Source: Chloroflexota bacterium (GTDB taxonomy: Bacteria > Chloroflexota > Limnocylindria > Limnocylindrales > CSP1-4). From it: a stretch of DNA of 64,000 nt. Shown one piece after another: positions 29,740-38,737 of this stretch (within the stretch, counting starts at the first letter, position 1; each line of letters starts with the position of its first letter). Below the pieces are notes generated by a model. The model ran no database searches, had not been told where the DNA came from, and saw nothing but the letters and a program-made list of their open reading frames with translations. The stretch lies in assembly GCA_040905225.1 (NCBI GenBank), contig JBBDRY010000110.1, forward strand, positions 26,395 to 90,394, written 5' to 3'. The position numbers and the translations under genes are program-made.

Positions 29740-30603
29740 CTACAGGGCAATGACGCCAAGGACAACGAAGGCGACTCCGAGGACGATGCGCCACGTGACC
29801 AGTTCCTGGCCGCGCAGAAGCAGCGCAGTGAAGCCGAGCGTAAAGAGGGGAGCGCTGGATGTCACCGGGTAGATCACGGTGACATCGTTCGCGGACAGCG
29901 CGAGCATGAAGGCGAGGAAGCCGACTGCCTGGAGCGAGCCCGAGACGACAAAGAGCCACAGGGCCGGCGACCGTACGTCGATCGCGCCACGCAGATCCGC
30001 GAGGCGAGTCAGCGCCGTGGCGTAGATGAAGGCGGCGACGGCTCCGATGAGCGCGGCCGTCAGTGGGATGTTCGCGGCGTCCAGGCCAAACTCGAGAAAC
30101 AGCGGCCGGATGCCATAGGAGATCGCCGAGCCGACCGCGGCGAGGACGCCGGCGGCCGCGAGCTGCTTGATGCCCTGGCCCTTTTTCCAGGTCACGAGCG
30201 TGATGCCGACGACGATCCCGGCGATCGCCGCCGCCTGGATCCACGTCACCGTCTCGTTGAGCAGCAGCACCGCCAGAAACGTGGTGATGACGGGTGCCGA
30301 GTTCTTGATCGCGGTGGCCGGCGCGGCACCGAGCTTGTCGATCGCGGTGTACATCCACCGCCGGCCGATCCCACCGCCGAACAGGCCGCCGAGGATGAAG
30401 CCGCCGAGCGCCGGCAACGTCAGTTGGTCGATGTGGAGGCCGCCCCAGAACGGAAGGAGGAGCAGGTAGATGGGGATCGCGACGGCGAGCCCGATGACGA
30501 CGGCCACGTCGGACCGCCCATGACGCGCGAAGGCGAGCTTGAGGGTGACCGGGTTGAGCCCGAAGCAGAGCGCCGACACCAGAGCTAGCTCCTTGCCGCC
30601 CAC
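29740..30603 (-). CDS. DMT/EamA-family transporter
   Basis: 287 aa, ten hydrophobic segments, duplicated EamA architecture. Confidence 0.75.
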   Translation of the reverse strand: MGGKELALVSALCFGLNPVTLKLAFARHGRSDVAVVIGLAVAIPIYLLLLPFWGGLHIDQLTLPALGGFILGGLFGGGIGRRWMYTAIDKLGAAPATAIKNSAPVITTFLAVLLLNETVTWIQAAAIAGIVVGITLVTWKKGQGIKQLAAAGVLAAVGSAISYGIRPLFLEFGLDAANIPLTAALIGAVAAFIYATALTRLADLRGAIDVRSPALWLFVVSGSLQAVGFLAFMLALSANDVTVIYPVTSSAPLFTLGFTALLLRGQELVTWRIVLGVAFVVLGVIAL

Positions 30604-30807
30604 GATGGCACGCGCTCCTCCTACTCTCCTCCGCCCACGTTAGAGGCCGCGATCTCGCACGCCGCGGTCCTCCGGGAAGCGCCGCGTTGCGGCGATAAGC
30701 TGAGCGTCTCAAGCGTCCGAGGCCGCTCGGTCGGCCGTCAGTATGCACTGGTATCCTAATCGGCCCAGGGGTTCCCCGCAACGCCGCTCCCAGGACAGGA
30801 GATCACG

Positions 30808-31047
30808 ATGACCGAGCCCGCGGCCGATCGCTGTACCCAGCTGGCAGCCGAGATCGATGCCCTCCAGACGGAGTTCGAGCAGACCTGGCTACAGATCAGC
30901 GCGGGCGGCGGGGACCCTGCGAAGTACCGCGTCCTGCGCCAGGATCTCCAGGAGAAGCGCATCGCGTTCAATCGCGAATGCGGCACTGGCCTCGTCCAGG
31001 ACTCGACGCTGCCGCGCAGCGTGACCGCGGACTGGCGCGGCGGCTGA
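30808..31047 (+). CDS. small hypothetical protein (79 aa)
   Basis: ATG preceded by AGGAGAT. Helical, Gln/Glu-rich. No recognisable family. Confidence 0.35.
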   Translation: MTEPAADRCTQLAAEIDALQTEFEQTWLQISAGGGDPAKYRVLRQDLQEKRIAFNRECGTGLVQDSTLPRSVTADWRGG

Positions 31048-31082
31048 CCCTGCCGAGCCGACTCGCTGGCTGATCTGTTCGA

Positions 31083-31805
31083 GTGACCTACTGGATCGGC
31101 CGCATCGAGCCCTCGATGTGGTTTGAGGGCGCCTGGTGGCAAGAGATGCTGCCCGCCGATGTCCGCCTGGCCGTCCTCTCGCTCGGAGTGGGCCGCCTCA
31201 CGCCCGAGGAGCTGGAGAGGGCGCACGCTCAGATCCTGGAGAAGGTGGATCTGCTCGAGCGTGAAGGGGTGGACGTCATCAACGTCGGCGGTTCGCCGGT
31301 CGTCACCGCCTACGGCATGGCCGGACATGCGCGCCTGGTCGACGAGATCGCGGCCCGCGTCAGCCGGCCGTTCGTGACAGCGCTCCAGGCCGAGCTCGAG
31401 GGCATCCGCGCAGTCGGGGCGACGCGCGTCGCGATTGCGTCGCCATATCCCGCGGCGCAGACGGAGCGGCGGATCGCCATCCTCGAAGAGGAGGGCTTCC
31501 GGGTCGTCGGCTTCGAGAGCCTGGACATCCTGCGGAACCGCGAGATTGCGATGCTCGATCCGCGCGACGTGATCGATCTGGCCGTGCGAGTGGCCGACGC
31601 GAGCCCCGGCGCGGAGACCGTCTACCTGCCCTGCGGCTCGCTTCCCGTAGTTTCCGTGATCGACGAGATCGAGGCGCGTACCGGGCTGCCCGTGGTCGCC
31701 TGTGCGCAGGCCCAGGTCGCGGCCTGCCTCAAGCGGGTCAGCTATCCGGCACCCATTGATGGGTTCGGCCGTATTTTGAGGGAGATGGCGCCTCTCGCGG
31801 CTTGA
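31083..31805 (+). CDS. Asp/Glu/hydantoin racemase-superfamily protein (maleate isomerase or arylmalonate decarboxylase-like)
   Basis: 240 aa. VINVGGSP, VAIASPYPA and YLPCGSLP blocks are typical of maleate cis-trans isomerases. Confidence 0.65.
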   Translation: MTYWIGRIEPSMWFEGAWWQEMLPADVRLAVLSLGVGRLTPEELERAHAQILEKVDLLEREGVDVINVGGSPVVTAYGMAGHARLVDEIAARVSRPFVTALQAELEGIRAVGATRVAIASPYPAAQTERRIAILEEEGFRVVGFESLDILRNREIAMLDPRDVIDLAVRVADASPGAETVYLPCGSLPVVSVIDEIEARTGLPVVACAQAQVAACLKRVSYPAPIDGFGRILREMAPLAA

Positions 31806-31837
31806 GGGTGGCAGTCTCGACTGCAGCGACGCCCGAG

Positions 31838-31898
31838 GAACGACGCATGTTCTCAGGACATCGATTTAGAGCATGTGCCGCGGGCATTGCGTCGTTCC
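31838..31898. terminator. long imperfect hairpin (AGGAACGACGCATG ... CAT-T-GCGTCGTTCCT) downstream of the racemase-family gene
   Basis: ~14-bp stem read directly, sitting at the edge of the GC drop. Confidence 0.3.
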
Positions 31899-32145
31899 TG
31901 GGGGAACGGACGCTGACAGCGTCATTTCCGTAACCTGACAGAGAAGTGCTTCTGCCCGAGCAGAGCGAGATCGTGGCGCGGAAGAGCAAAGGGGTTCTCG
32001 CGGCAAATTGAGCTTAGAACATTGTGGTCGACGCCCCCATCCGGGCTCGACGGACGAGGAAAGAAACTCTTGACTTCCCGTTAAGTACCTCTAGCTTGAG
32101 TGGACAGAGGAGAGTCACACGCGGTTTAGGGCACTTGGGGCGGCG

Positions 32146-32667
32146 TTGGGACTAATTGCAGGACTGCTGGTGATCGCGCCTGCACCCGTCCTCTCGTGGG
32201 AATGGATTGGTTTCACGTGGGTTGACGAGAGCGACATCAGCACCTACCGATACGGGTGTTGCGATGCGAGCTATGCGGCATGGGGGACCGCGCGAAGCGA
32301 TTGGAATGCTACGAATACGCCAATTAACTTTACCGTGGAACCCAACGTCGGCGAAGAGAACATCAGATTGCGAACCGTCAACAAGAATGATGTGGAATGG
32401 GACGGAATAGCGAGCGTGACCATTGCCGGCGGTGTGATCAACTGGGTGGACGCCCGGTTAAATGAGTTCTATACCGACGGGTATGTGGCTGCGAAACGAT
32501 TGTCGGTCACGAGTCACGAGCTGGGCCACACGCTGGGGCTCGCTCACGAGAACGGCGTCGCCGTCGTCATGAATGGCATCACCTGCGGCTTCAATAGTCG
32601 GTGGTGCACGTTCGGAGTTAGTAAGCCGCAGCAGGACGATATCAATGGAATCAATGCGATCTACTAG
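32146..32667 (+). CDS. secreted zinc metalloprotease (metzincin, snapalysin/M7-like)
   Basis: HELGHTLGLAHE is the HExxHxxGxxH motif. Hydrophobic N-terminus; start ambiguous (TTG). Lies in the low-GC islet. Confidence 0.65.
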   Translation: MGLIAGLLVIAPAPVLSWEWIGFTWVDESDISTYRYGCCDASYAAWGTARSDWNATNTPINFTVEPNVGEENIRLRTVNKNDVEWDGIASVTIAGGVINWVDARLNEFYTDGYVAAKRLSVTSHELGHTLGLAHENGVAVVMNGITCGFNSRWCTFGVSKPQQDDINGINAIY

Positions 32668-32692
32668 GCCGCAACGCGGGAGGTCGTCACGG

Positions 32693-33253
32693 ATGCGTAT
32701 TGCCGTGGCATTCCTGGCCTCCACCGTCGCAGCCGCTTGCGGCACTTCGAACCCGAGCACGAGCGGCGCGGTTCCGCGAGCTGATGATGCGTACGTCAGA
32801 CTTAATGCGAGCTGGGCGTGGGCGTACCGCGACCTCAGTGAGCTTCAGGAACAAGCCGATGTCGTAATCCTCGGCCAAGTGTCGCGAATCGCGTATCAAG
32901 GCGCAGATCCACAGGATGAAGGCGGCGACCTTCCGCTTACTATCTTCGAAGTATCTGTCACAAGAATATTGAAAGGTCTGACCGACAACACGATTCTGGT
33001 CGGCCAGACTGGTGGGCCAGTCGCCGGAAGGATGGCCGAGGTGAACGGTGATCCACTGATGCGGGAAGGGGAGCAATTTGTCATGTACCTACGCCGCATC
33101 ACGTCGGGGCCGTCCAAAGGTCGTTACACCGTCCTGGGAGGACCGCAAGGTCGGCTCGCGGTGGGGCCGGGCGGAACGCTGTCTAAAGTAGGCGACAGTG
33201 CCGTGTCTGTGCCGAAGGGACTGACGCTCGACACGCTAGTCGCCACACCCTGA
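32693..33253 (+). CDS. putative lipoprotein (hypothetical), partner of the metzincin
   Basis: MRIAVAFLASTVAAACGTS signal with a lipobox Cys. 186 aa. Low-GC region. Confidence 0.5.
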   Translation: MRIAVAFLASTVAAACGTSNPSTSGAVPRADDAYVRLNASWAWAYRDLSELQEQADVVILGQVSRIAYQGADPQDEGGDLPLTIFEVSVTRILKGLTDNTILVGQTGGPVAGRMAEVNGDPLMREGEQFVMYLRRITSGPSKGRYTVLGGPQGRLAVGPGGTLSKVGDSAVSVPKGLTLDTLVATP

Positions 33254-33565
33254 ACCTGCAGGGCTGCCCGCACCACGACTACGGCACGCGCGCCTTAGAA
33301 GGTTGAGGGCCCAACGGGCGTAGCAAGGTGCCGCGATGCCCCCGAGCGTCGAAAGTGCACTTTCGAGGAAGTCGGCGGTAAGCGGAGGTTCCTATAGCTG
33401 GGTGCCTCCGCCAAGCGGGGAGCGCCGCTGACTTCTTTATCTTTCGGGTCCAACGGCCCGCCAGCGGACGTCCGGGTGGCGCCGAGATCCCATGACGTGG
33501 ACGCACGTCGGGTCTTTGTGTGCTTCTACCCATCCGCTCGACGCCCCGACGTCCATGAATTTTTC

Positions 33566-34399
33566 TTAGAACGCCCTCGGGAAGACGGCCAGCAGGCCGC
33601 CATCGCAGGGCAGGTCGACGCCCGTAATGAACGACGATTCGGCCGACGCGAGGAAGAGCGCCGCGTTCGCCTGATCGATCGGGCGCCCCCAGCGTCCGAG
33701 CGGGATACCGCGCGGCTCGGAAGCCCGCACCGTGGACGCGAAGTCCTCGTCGGCGACGCCGACCGGCGATCCGGTCTGGGTCGGCGTCAACGTGTTGACT
33801 CGGATGCCGTGCTCGGCCAGCTCCATGGCCGCCGCCCGGGTCAGGTTGTAGACGCCGGCCTTGGCCACTGCGTAGGGGAACTTGCCCCGGATCCCGCGCA
33901 GCCCGCTCGTCGATCCCATGTTTACGATCGACCCGCCGCGGCCCTGCGCGATCATCTGCCGCGCGGCGTGCTTGGAACACAGGAACGTCGCCTTGAGCGT
34001 GACGCCGTGAATCATCTCCCACTGCTCGAGGGTGCAGTCGACGAGTGAGGCGTTGACCGTCGCGGCGACGTTGTTGACCAGCACGTCGAGACCACCGAAC
34101 GCCTCCACCACCGAGGCGACGAGTTGCTCCACGGCCGCCTCGTCTGTCACATCGGCGACGAACGCGGCCGCTTGACCGCCGGCGTTCCCGATCGCTGCGA
34201 CCACGCGCTCGGCCCGCTCCTCGTTCAGCTCCACGACGGCAACCGCGCTGCCCTCCGCCGCAAAGAGCTCGGCCATGGCGCGGCCGATGTTCTGGCCGGC
34301 GCCGGTGATGATCGAGACCTTGCCCGCCAGCCGTCCGCGGCCGATCGCCGTTCCTGGCTCCGCCGTCACATCTTGACGCGTGCGGTCGATGGCATCCAC
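33566..34399 (-). CDS. SDR-family oxidoreductase
   Basis: TGAGQNIGRA (TGxxxGxG) and YAVAKAG (YxxxK). Confidence 0.8.
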   Translation of the reverse strand: MDAIDRTRQDVTAEPGTAIGRGRLAGKVSIITGAGQNIGRAMAELFAAEGSAVAVVELNEERAERVVAAIGNAGGQAAAFVADVTDEAAVEQLVASVVEAFGGLDVLVNNVAATVNASLVDCTLEQWEMIHGVTLKATFLCSKHAARQMIAQGRGGSIVNMGSTSGLRGIRGKFPYAVAKAGVYNLTRAAAMELAEHGIRVNTLTPTQTGSPVGVADEDFASTVRASEPRGIPLGRWGRPIDQANAALFLASAESSFITGVDLPCDGGLLAVFPRAF

Positions 34400-35214
34400 G
34401 AGGTGAGTCGCCGGTCGATGATCTGGACGAGCTTCACCGCGAACATCGCCACGATCACGATCACGAGCAGCACGGCCAGCACGCCGGCAGCGTCGAAGCG
34501 TTTGCCCTGGTTCATGACGACCGCGCCCAGGCCGACCACTGCGATGAACATCTCGCCGTTGATCATGCCCTTGACGGCGCGCCCGGAGCCCAGCCTGAGG
34601 CCGGCCATGATCAGCGGCAGCGCGGCGGGCAGGATGATCCGCCAGAACATCCTGCGGTCATTGGCGCCGAAGCTCCGGCCCATCTCGATCAGCGAGGGCG
34701 GCACCGAGCGGATCGCAGTCTGTGTATTCACGATGATGATGAAGATCGTGTACATGACGACAACCGCGATCGTCGTCTCGCGCGTGTTGGTCGCACCGAA
34801 CGCGGCGAAGAAGATCGGCGCGAACACGAGGGATGGCGCGGTCAGCAGCGAGTACACGTAGACGTCGAGCGCCGAACCGATCTTCGGGTAGGCGCCCATG
34901 AGCGTGCCGATGACGACTCCGCCAATGGCGGAGATCCCGAAGCCGATTGAGAGGTTGATCAGGCTCTGGACGAGGTTGTTCAGGATCACGCCCTTGGCGA
35001 GATCGCCGTTGGGAGCAGTCAGCTCGAAAAGGCGCACGATCACGTCCGAAAGCGGTGGGAAGAACACCACGTCCCAGGCGCGACCCACGACTTCCCAGGC
35101 GATGGCGCCGATGAGCAGCGCCACGAACCCGGAGCCGAGCCCGATCGAGGCTGGCGAGAACCGTCGCTTCTGGGCGACGGCGCGCCGAGCCTGGGTCGCG
35201 GCGGCGGTGCTCAT
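34366..35214 (-). CDS. ABC transporter permease (NitT/TauT family)
   Basis: 282 aa, 6 TM, EAA-like loop. 4-nt overlap with the ATPase gene. Confidence 0.75.
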   Translation of the reverse strand: MSTAAATQARRAVAQKRRFSPASIGLGSGFVALLIGAIAWEVVGRAWDVVFFPPLSDVIVRLFELTAPNGDLAKGVILNNLVQSLINLSIGFGISAIGGVVIGTLMGAYPKIGSALDVYVYSLLTAPSLVFAPIFFAAFGATNTRETTIAVVVMYTIFIIIVNTQTAIRSVPPSLIEMGRSFGANDRRMFWRIILPAALPLIMAGLRLGSGRAVKGMINGEMFIAVVGLGAVVMNQGKRFDAAGVLAVLLVIVIVAMFAVKLVQIIDRRLTSWMPSTARVKM

Positions 35215-36044
35215 GCGGCCCCGGTCGAGGTTGTGGTCGGCGGCGCGTGCTTGCCCTGCGCCTGGTGGCGGCGGGACACCTGCATGTCACGCAGTCTCGA
35301 CCACAGGTGCTGGGTGATCGCCGTGAACTCCGGCGAGCCTTCGACGCTGTCCACGTTCGTCGAGCGCGGGCGCTTGAGCGGCACCTCGACGATCTCCTCG
35401 ATCCGGCCCGGGCGCGCACTCATCAGCACCACTCGGTCGCCGAGCAGCACGGCTTCCTCCATCGAGTGCGTGATGAAGACGACGGTCGTCCGCTCCTTCT
35501 CCCAGATCGCCAGCAGCTCCTCCTGGAGCAGGCGTCGGGTCTGCTCGTCGAGCGCGCCGAACGGCTCATCCATGAGCAGCACCTTGGGCCTTACGGCGAG
35601 GGCGCGGGCGAGACCGACACGCTGCTGCATGCCGCCCGATAGCTCCATCGGGTAGCGCTTTTCGAAGCCCGTGAGGCCGACGATCTCGATCAGCTCGTTC
35701 GCCCGTTCATAACGCTTCTGCCGCGGAACGCGGGCGATCTCCAGCCCGAAGGCGACGTTGTCGAGGACGTTCATCCACGGCAGCAGGGCGAAGCTCTGGA
35801 ACACCATCGCTCGCTCGGGCCCGGGGCCGCGGACGGCTTTGCCCTCGATCGTGATCTCGCCCTCGTCCCAGTGCAGGAGCCCAGCGATCAGACGCAGGAG
35901 CGTGGTCTTGCCGCAGCCCGACGGCCCGAGGATCGTCAGGAATTCGTTGTCGCGGACGCTCAGGTCCACGTCCTTGAGGGCGAGCACCGGCTCGGATTGA
36001 CGCTTGCCGGGGAAGAGCTTGCTGACGCCGACTATCTCGATCAA
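35211..36044 (-). CDS. ABC transporter ATP-binding protein (NitT/TauT family)
   Basis: Walker A GPSGCGKTT, signature LSGGMQQR, Walker B LLMDEP. Confidence 0.85.
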   Translation of the reverse strand: MIEIVGVSKLFPGKRQSEPVLALKDVDLSVRDNEFLTILGPSGCGKTTLLRLIAGLLHWDEGEITIEGKAVRGPGPERAMVFQSFALLPWMNVLDNVAFGLEIARVPRQKRYERANELIEIVGLTGFEKRYPMELSGGMQQRVGLARALAVRPKVLLMDEPFGALDEQTRRLLQEELLAIWEKERTTVVFITHSMEEAVLLGDRVVLMSARPGRIEEIVEVPLKRPRSTNVDSVEGSPEFTAITQHLWSRLRDMQVSRRHQAQGKHAPPTTTSTGAA

Positions 36045-36054
36045 CTGCCCGCTC

Positions 36055-36783
36055 CTAGCCTGCCAGGACCGACTCGTTCGCCCAGGGAGCCACGCGGCGC
36101 TCCACCCATCGGGCCGCCGAGATGAGGATCAGCGACTCGACGACGATCAGGATGACGACGCCGTAGAGCGTCGGCCCGTCGAAGCGGCCGCGGGCATTGA
36201 TGATCAGGTTTCCGATACCGACGGCGAACATCAGCAGCTCGACGATCACCATGCCGGTGATCGCGCGGCCGACGCCCAGGCGGACGCCGGTCATGATCGC
36301 CGGCAATGCGCCCGGGAGAAGGATCTTGCGCCAGATCGTGCGCTCGTTGGCCAGGAAGCTGGTCGACATCTCGATCAAGGACGGATCCACCTGGCGCACT
36401 CCGGCGCGGGCGTTGACGATCAGCATCGGGATCGCGAAGACGATGACGAGGAGCACGCGCGAGGCGAGGGTGAAACCCAAGGCCATCAGGAAGATGGGGA
36501 TGAGCGCCGCCGTCGGCGTGACCAGCATGATGTTGAGATAGGGGTCCATGAACTTCTCCAGCCGCTCGAAGCGCGCCGCCGCGAGGCCCAGGGGAAGACC
36601 GAGGACGACGGACACGGCGAAGCCGACCACCAGCGCCTGGTTGCTGTCGAGGAACGCCTTCCAGACCACCGGTTCGAAGAGCAGCTGCACGGTCCGGACG
36701 ACGGTTTCCGAGAACCCCGGGATGATCAGGCTGCGGGAGGTGGCCCCATACCACTCCCACAGCACGGCGATCACCACGAGCAC
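36055..36783 (-). CDS. ABC transporter permease (NitT/TauT family), second membrane component
   Basis: 242 aa from GTG 36783. The in-frame upstream region carries the G13 run but no start codon. Confidence 0.7.
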   Translation of the reverse strand: MLVVIAVLWEWYGATSRSLIIPGFSETVVRTVQLLFEPVVWKAFLDSNQALVVGFAVSVVLGLPLGLAAARFERLEKFMDPYLNIMLVTPTAALIPIFLMALGFTLASRVLLVIVFAIPMLIVNARAGVRQVDPSLIEMSTSFLANERTIWRKILLPGALPAIMTGVRLGVGRAITGMVIVELLMFAVGIGNLIINARGRFDGPTLYGVVILIVVESLILISAARWVERRVAPWANESVLAG

Positions 36784-36840
36784 GATCAGGCGGTAGGTCC
36801 AGGGCGACTCGGTGATCGCGCTGATCGCGTTGAAGCGGGG

Positions 36841-36869
36841 GCGGGCCTGAGGCCCGCCCCCCCCCCCCC
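36841..36869. repeat. perfect 7-bp hairpin (GCGGGCC-TGA-GGCCCGC) fused to a 13-nt poly-C (poly-G on the mRNA strand)
   Basis: Read directly at 36841-36869, between the SBP stop (36885) and the permease start (36783). Confidence 0.8.
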
Positions 36870-36884
36870 ATGCCTACTCGGCTG

Positions 36885-37997
36885 CTACTGGCGACCGAGC
36901 TCATCGAGGACCGTGTTCAGGAACGACAGGTCAGCCCACTCCTCGAGTGCGAAGACCTTGTCGACCGTACCGGTGCCTTCTGGTCCGAAGAAGTCGGCGG
37001 TGTAGTTGAGTCCTTCCTCGGTGACGCCGCCGTTGACGTCGAACATGCCGAGGTCGACGTACCGCGCCGCGGCCTGGTCGATCGTGTCCGGGTTGATCGC
37101 GTCGGGCACCTGCTCCTCCGCGACCGTCCTCAGGTACGCCGCATCGGCGGAGACCAATCGGAACTGCTGGATGACTGCGCGCACCACGTCGGTGACCGAC
37201 TGCGGATTCAGCGCCGCCCAGTCGCCGTTGACGTAGATGGACGTCGTCTTCAGGTCGGGCAGGTCGGCCGAGAAGCTCGACAGGAGGTGGTAGCGATCGC
37301 CCGCCTCGTTGTCGATCGTGATCGAGTCGCCCAGCTCGAGGGGGCTGGCGTCGATCTGGTCGGCCAGCAGGGCGGCGACGCGGTTCGGCGAGCCCTCGAT
37401 GAAGATCTCCTGTGGCGTCGTGCCCGCGCAGTTGACGTTGATGTAGTTGCGGACCATTGCCGTGCTGACGGCGCCGTCGCTGTGCAGGGCAAGTCGCAGG
37501 CCAGCGAGACCGGCGCACTCCGTGACTTCGGTGGGGGCGTAGAGCGTCCACTCGTTGGCCACGCGGTCGACGACGACCTTGATGTTCGCGCCCTGCTCGA
37601 TCGCCGCGAGCACGGCGTTGTTGGCGCCCGACCCGAAGGCGAACTGGCCCTGCGCCACACCCTCGGCGACGAGCTCTGACTGGGCCAGGATCGGCGTCTT
37701 GATGTCATAGCCGTGGTTGGCGTTGAGGTCGGCGATCGCCGCCAGGAACGGCGCGCTTGACAGGCCGACCGAGGTAAAGCCGATCCAGAAGTCCTTGCTA
37801 TTGGTGATCGCTGGGGGTGCCGGCGTGACAACAGGTGCCGGCGTGACAACAGGTGCCGGCGTGACAACAGGTGCCGGCGTGACGGCCGGTGGGGCCGCGG
37901 TCGGCGCCCGAGTTGGCGCGGCCGCGCTACACGCGGCCAGCAGGAGCGCGCCCACGACCAGCACGGCCGTGGAGCGTCGGACGATCGAAAGTTGCAT
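36885..37997 (-). CDS. ABC transporter substrate-binding lipoprotein (NMT1/THI5-SsuA/TauA-like)
   Basis: MQLSIVRRSTAVLVVGALLLAAC lipobox, then a (TPAPVV)x4 linker. ~370 aa. Confidence 0.75.
   Translation of the reverse strand: MQLSIVRRSTAVLVVGALLLAACSAAAPTRAPTAAPPAVTPAPVVTPAPVVTPAPVVTPAPPAITNSKDFWIGFTSVGLSSAPFLAAIADLNANHGYDIKTPILAQSELVAEGVAQGQFAFGSGANNAVLAAIEQGANIKVVVDRVANEWTLYAPTEVTECAGLAGLRLALHSDGAVSTAMVRNYINVNCAGTTPQEIFIEGSPNRVAALLADQIDASPLELGDSITIDNEAGDRYHLLSSFSADLPDLKTTSIYVNGDWAALNPQSVTDVVRAVIQQFRLVSADAAYLRTVAEEQVPDAINPDTIDQAAARYVDLGMFDVNGGVTEEGLNYTADFFGPEGTGTVDKVFALEEWADLSFLNTVLDELGRQ
37816..37887. repeat. 18-bp tandem repeat x4 (GGTGCCGGCGTGACAACA) encoding the TPAPVV linker of the SBP
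   Basis: Three perfect copies plus one degenerate copy, read directly. Confidence 0.9.
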
Positions 37998-38098
37998 GCC
38001 TATGTCCTCCAGTGGTTCCCGAACGACGTGTTTCGTGTGGCCTTGTCTCAACGAGCTCCTCCTCTAATTTGCCCGATCGCTCTCCTCGTTTTCCGGGT

Positions 38099-38737
38099 TC
38101 ACCCAGCCGGCGGCGCGGGTGCGCCGTCGCCTCTGCTGGTCTCGTTTGAGTCTCCACCGCTTGCGTCGCGCGCGCGGTGACCGCCCCCGTCACTCATCAG
38201 TCGCTGCCTGGCGTCCATGACAGCGTCGAGGATCTTCACGTAGCTCCCGCAGCGGCACAGGTTGCCCCCCAGATATGCGCTCGCCTGATCACGGTCCGCC
38301 TGGGGCTCCTCGTCCAGAAGGGCCTTGGTGGCGACCACGAAACCCGGCGTGCAGTAAGAACACTGGAACCCAGTGTGTTCGACGAATGCGTCCTGGACCG
38401 GGTGGAGCTCGCCGGCCGGGCCAAGCAAACCCTCGACCGTCACGATCTCTCGACCCTCGGCCTGCATTGCGAGCATCAGACAGCCTGACACGATGCGGTC
38501 GTCGACGAGCACCGTGCAGGCGCCACACATCCCGACCCCGCAGCCCTCCCGGATGTCGATCAGGCCGACACGGTTGCGCAGGGCGTCCAGGAGGGTCTCC
38601 TGCGTGCGGACGCGAACCTGATGCTCCATGCCATTTACGCGCAGGACGAGGGTGACCCACTCCGCGTCTGGGTCCGGCGCCTCGGGGAGTGACGGGAAGG
38701 AGGGCGCCGGGGCGCTAAGGAGGTCTTGCTCCATCAC
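38099..38737 (-). CDS. (2Fe-2S)-binding small subunit (CoxS-like, set 3) with N- and C-terminal extensions
   Basis: CGVGMCGACTV, CSYCTPGF and CRCGSYVKI motifs. 212 aa. 4-nt overlap with the large subunit. Confidence 0.8.
   Translation of the reverse strand: MMEQDLLSAPAPSFPSLPEAPDPDAEWVTLVLRVNGMEHQVRVRTQETLLDALRNRVGLIDIREGCGVGMCGACTVLVDDRIVSGCLMLAMQAEGREIVTVEGLLGPAGELHPVQDAFVEHTGFQCSYCTPGFVVATKALLDEEPQADRDQASAYLGGNLCRCGSYVKILDAVMDARQRLMSDGGGHRARDASGGDSNETSRGDGAPAPPAG

Noticed and set aside
29732-30781. Upstream extension of the 850-aa ORF 28229..30781
   Set aside because: It is an out-of-frame overlap of the DMT transporter gene. UbiD copy 2 starts at MATTLTPSE (29731).
33254-33565. Possible ncRNA or riboswitch in the 310-bp gap before the SDR gene (stem CGGAGG...CCTCCG)
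   Set aside because: I recognise no conserved riboswitch core (FMN, TPP, SAM, B12). It may simply hold the promoter and terminator of convergent genes.
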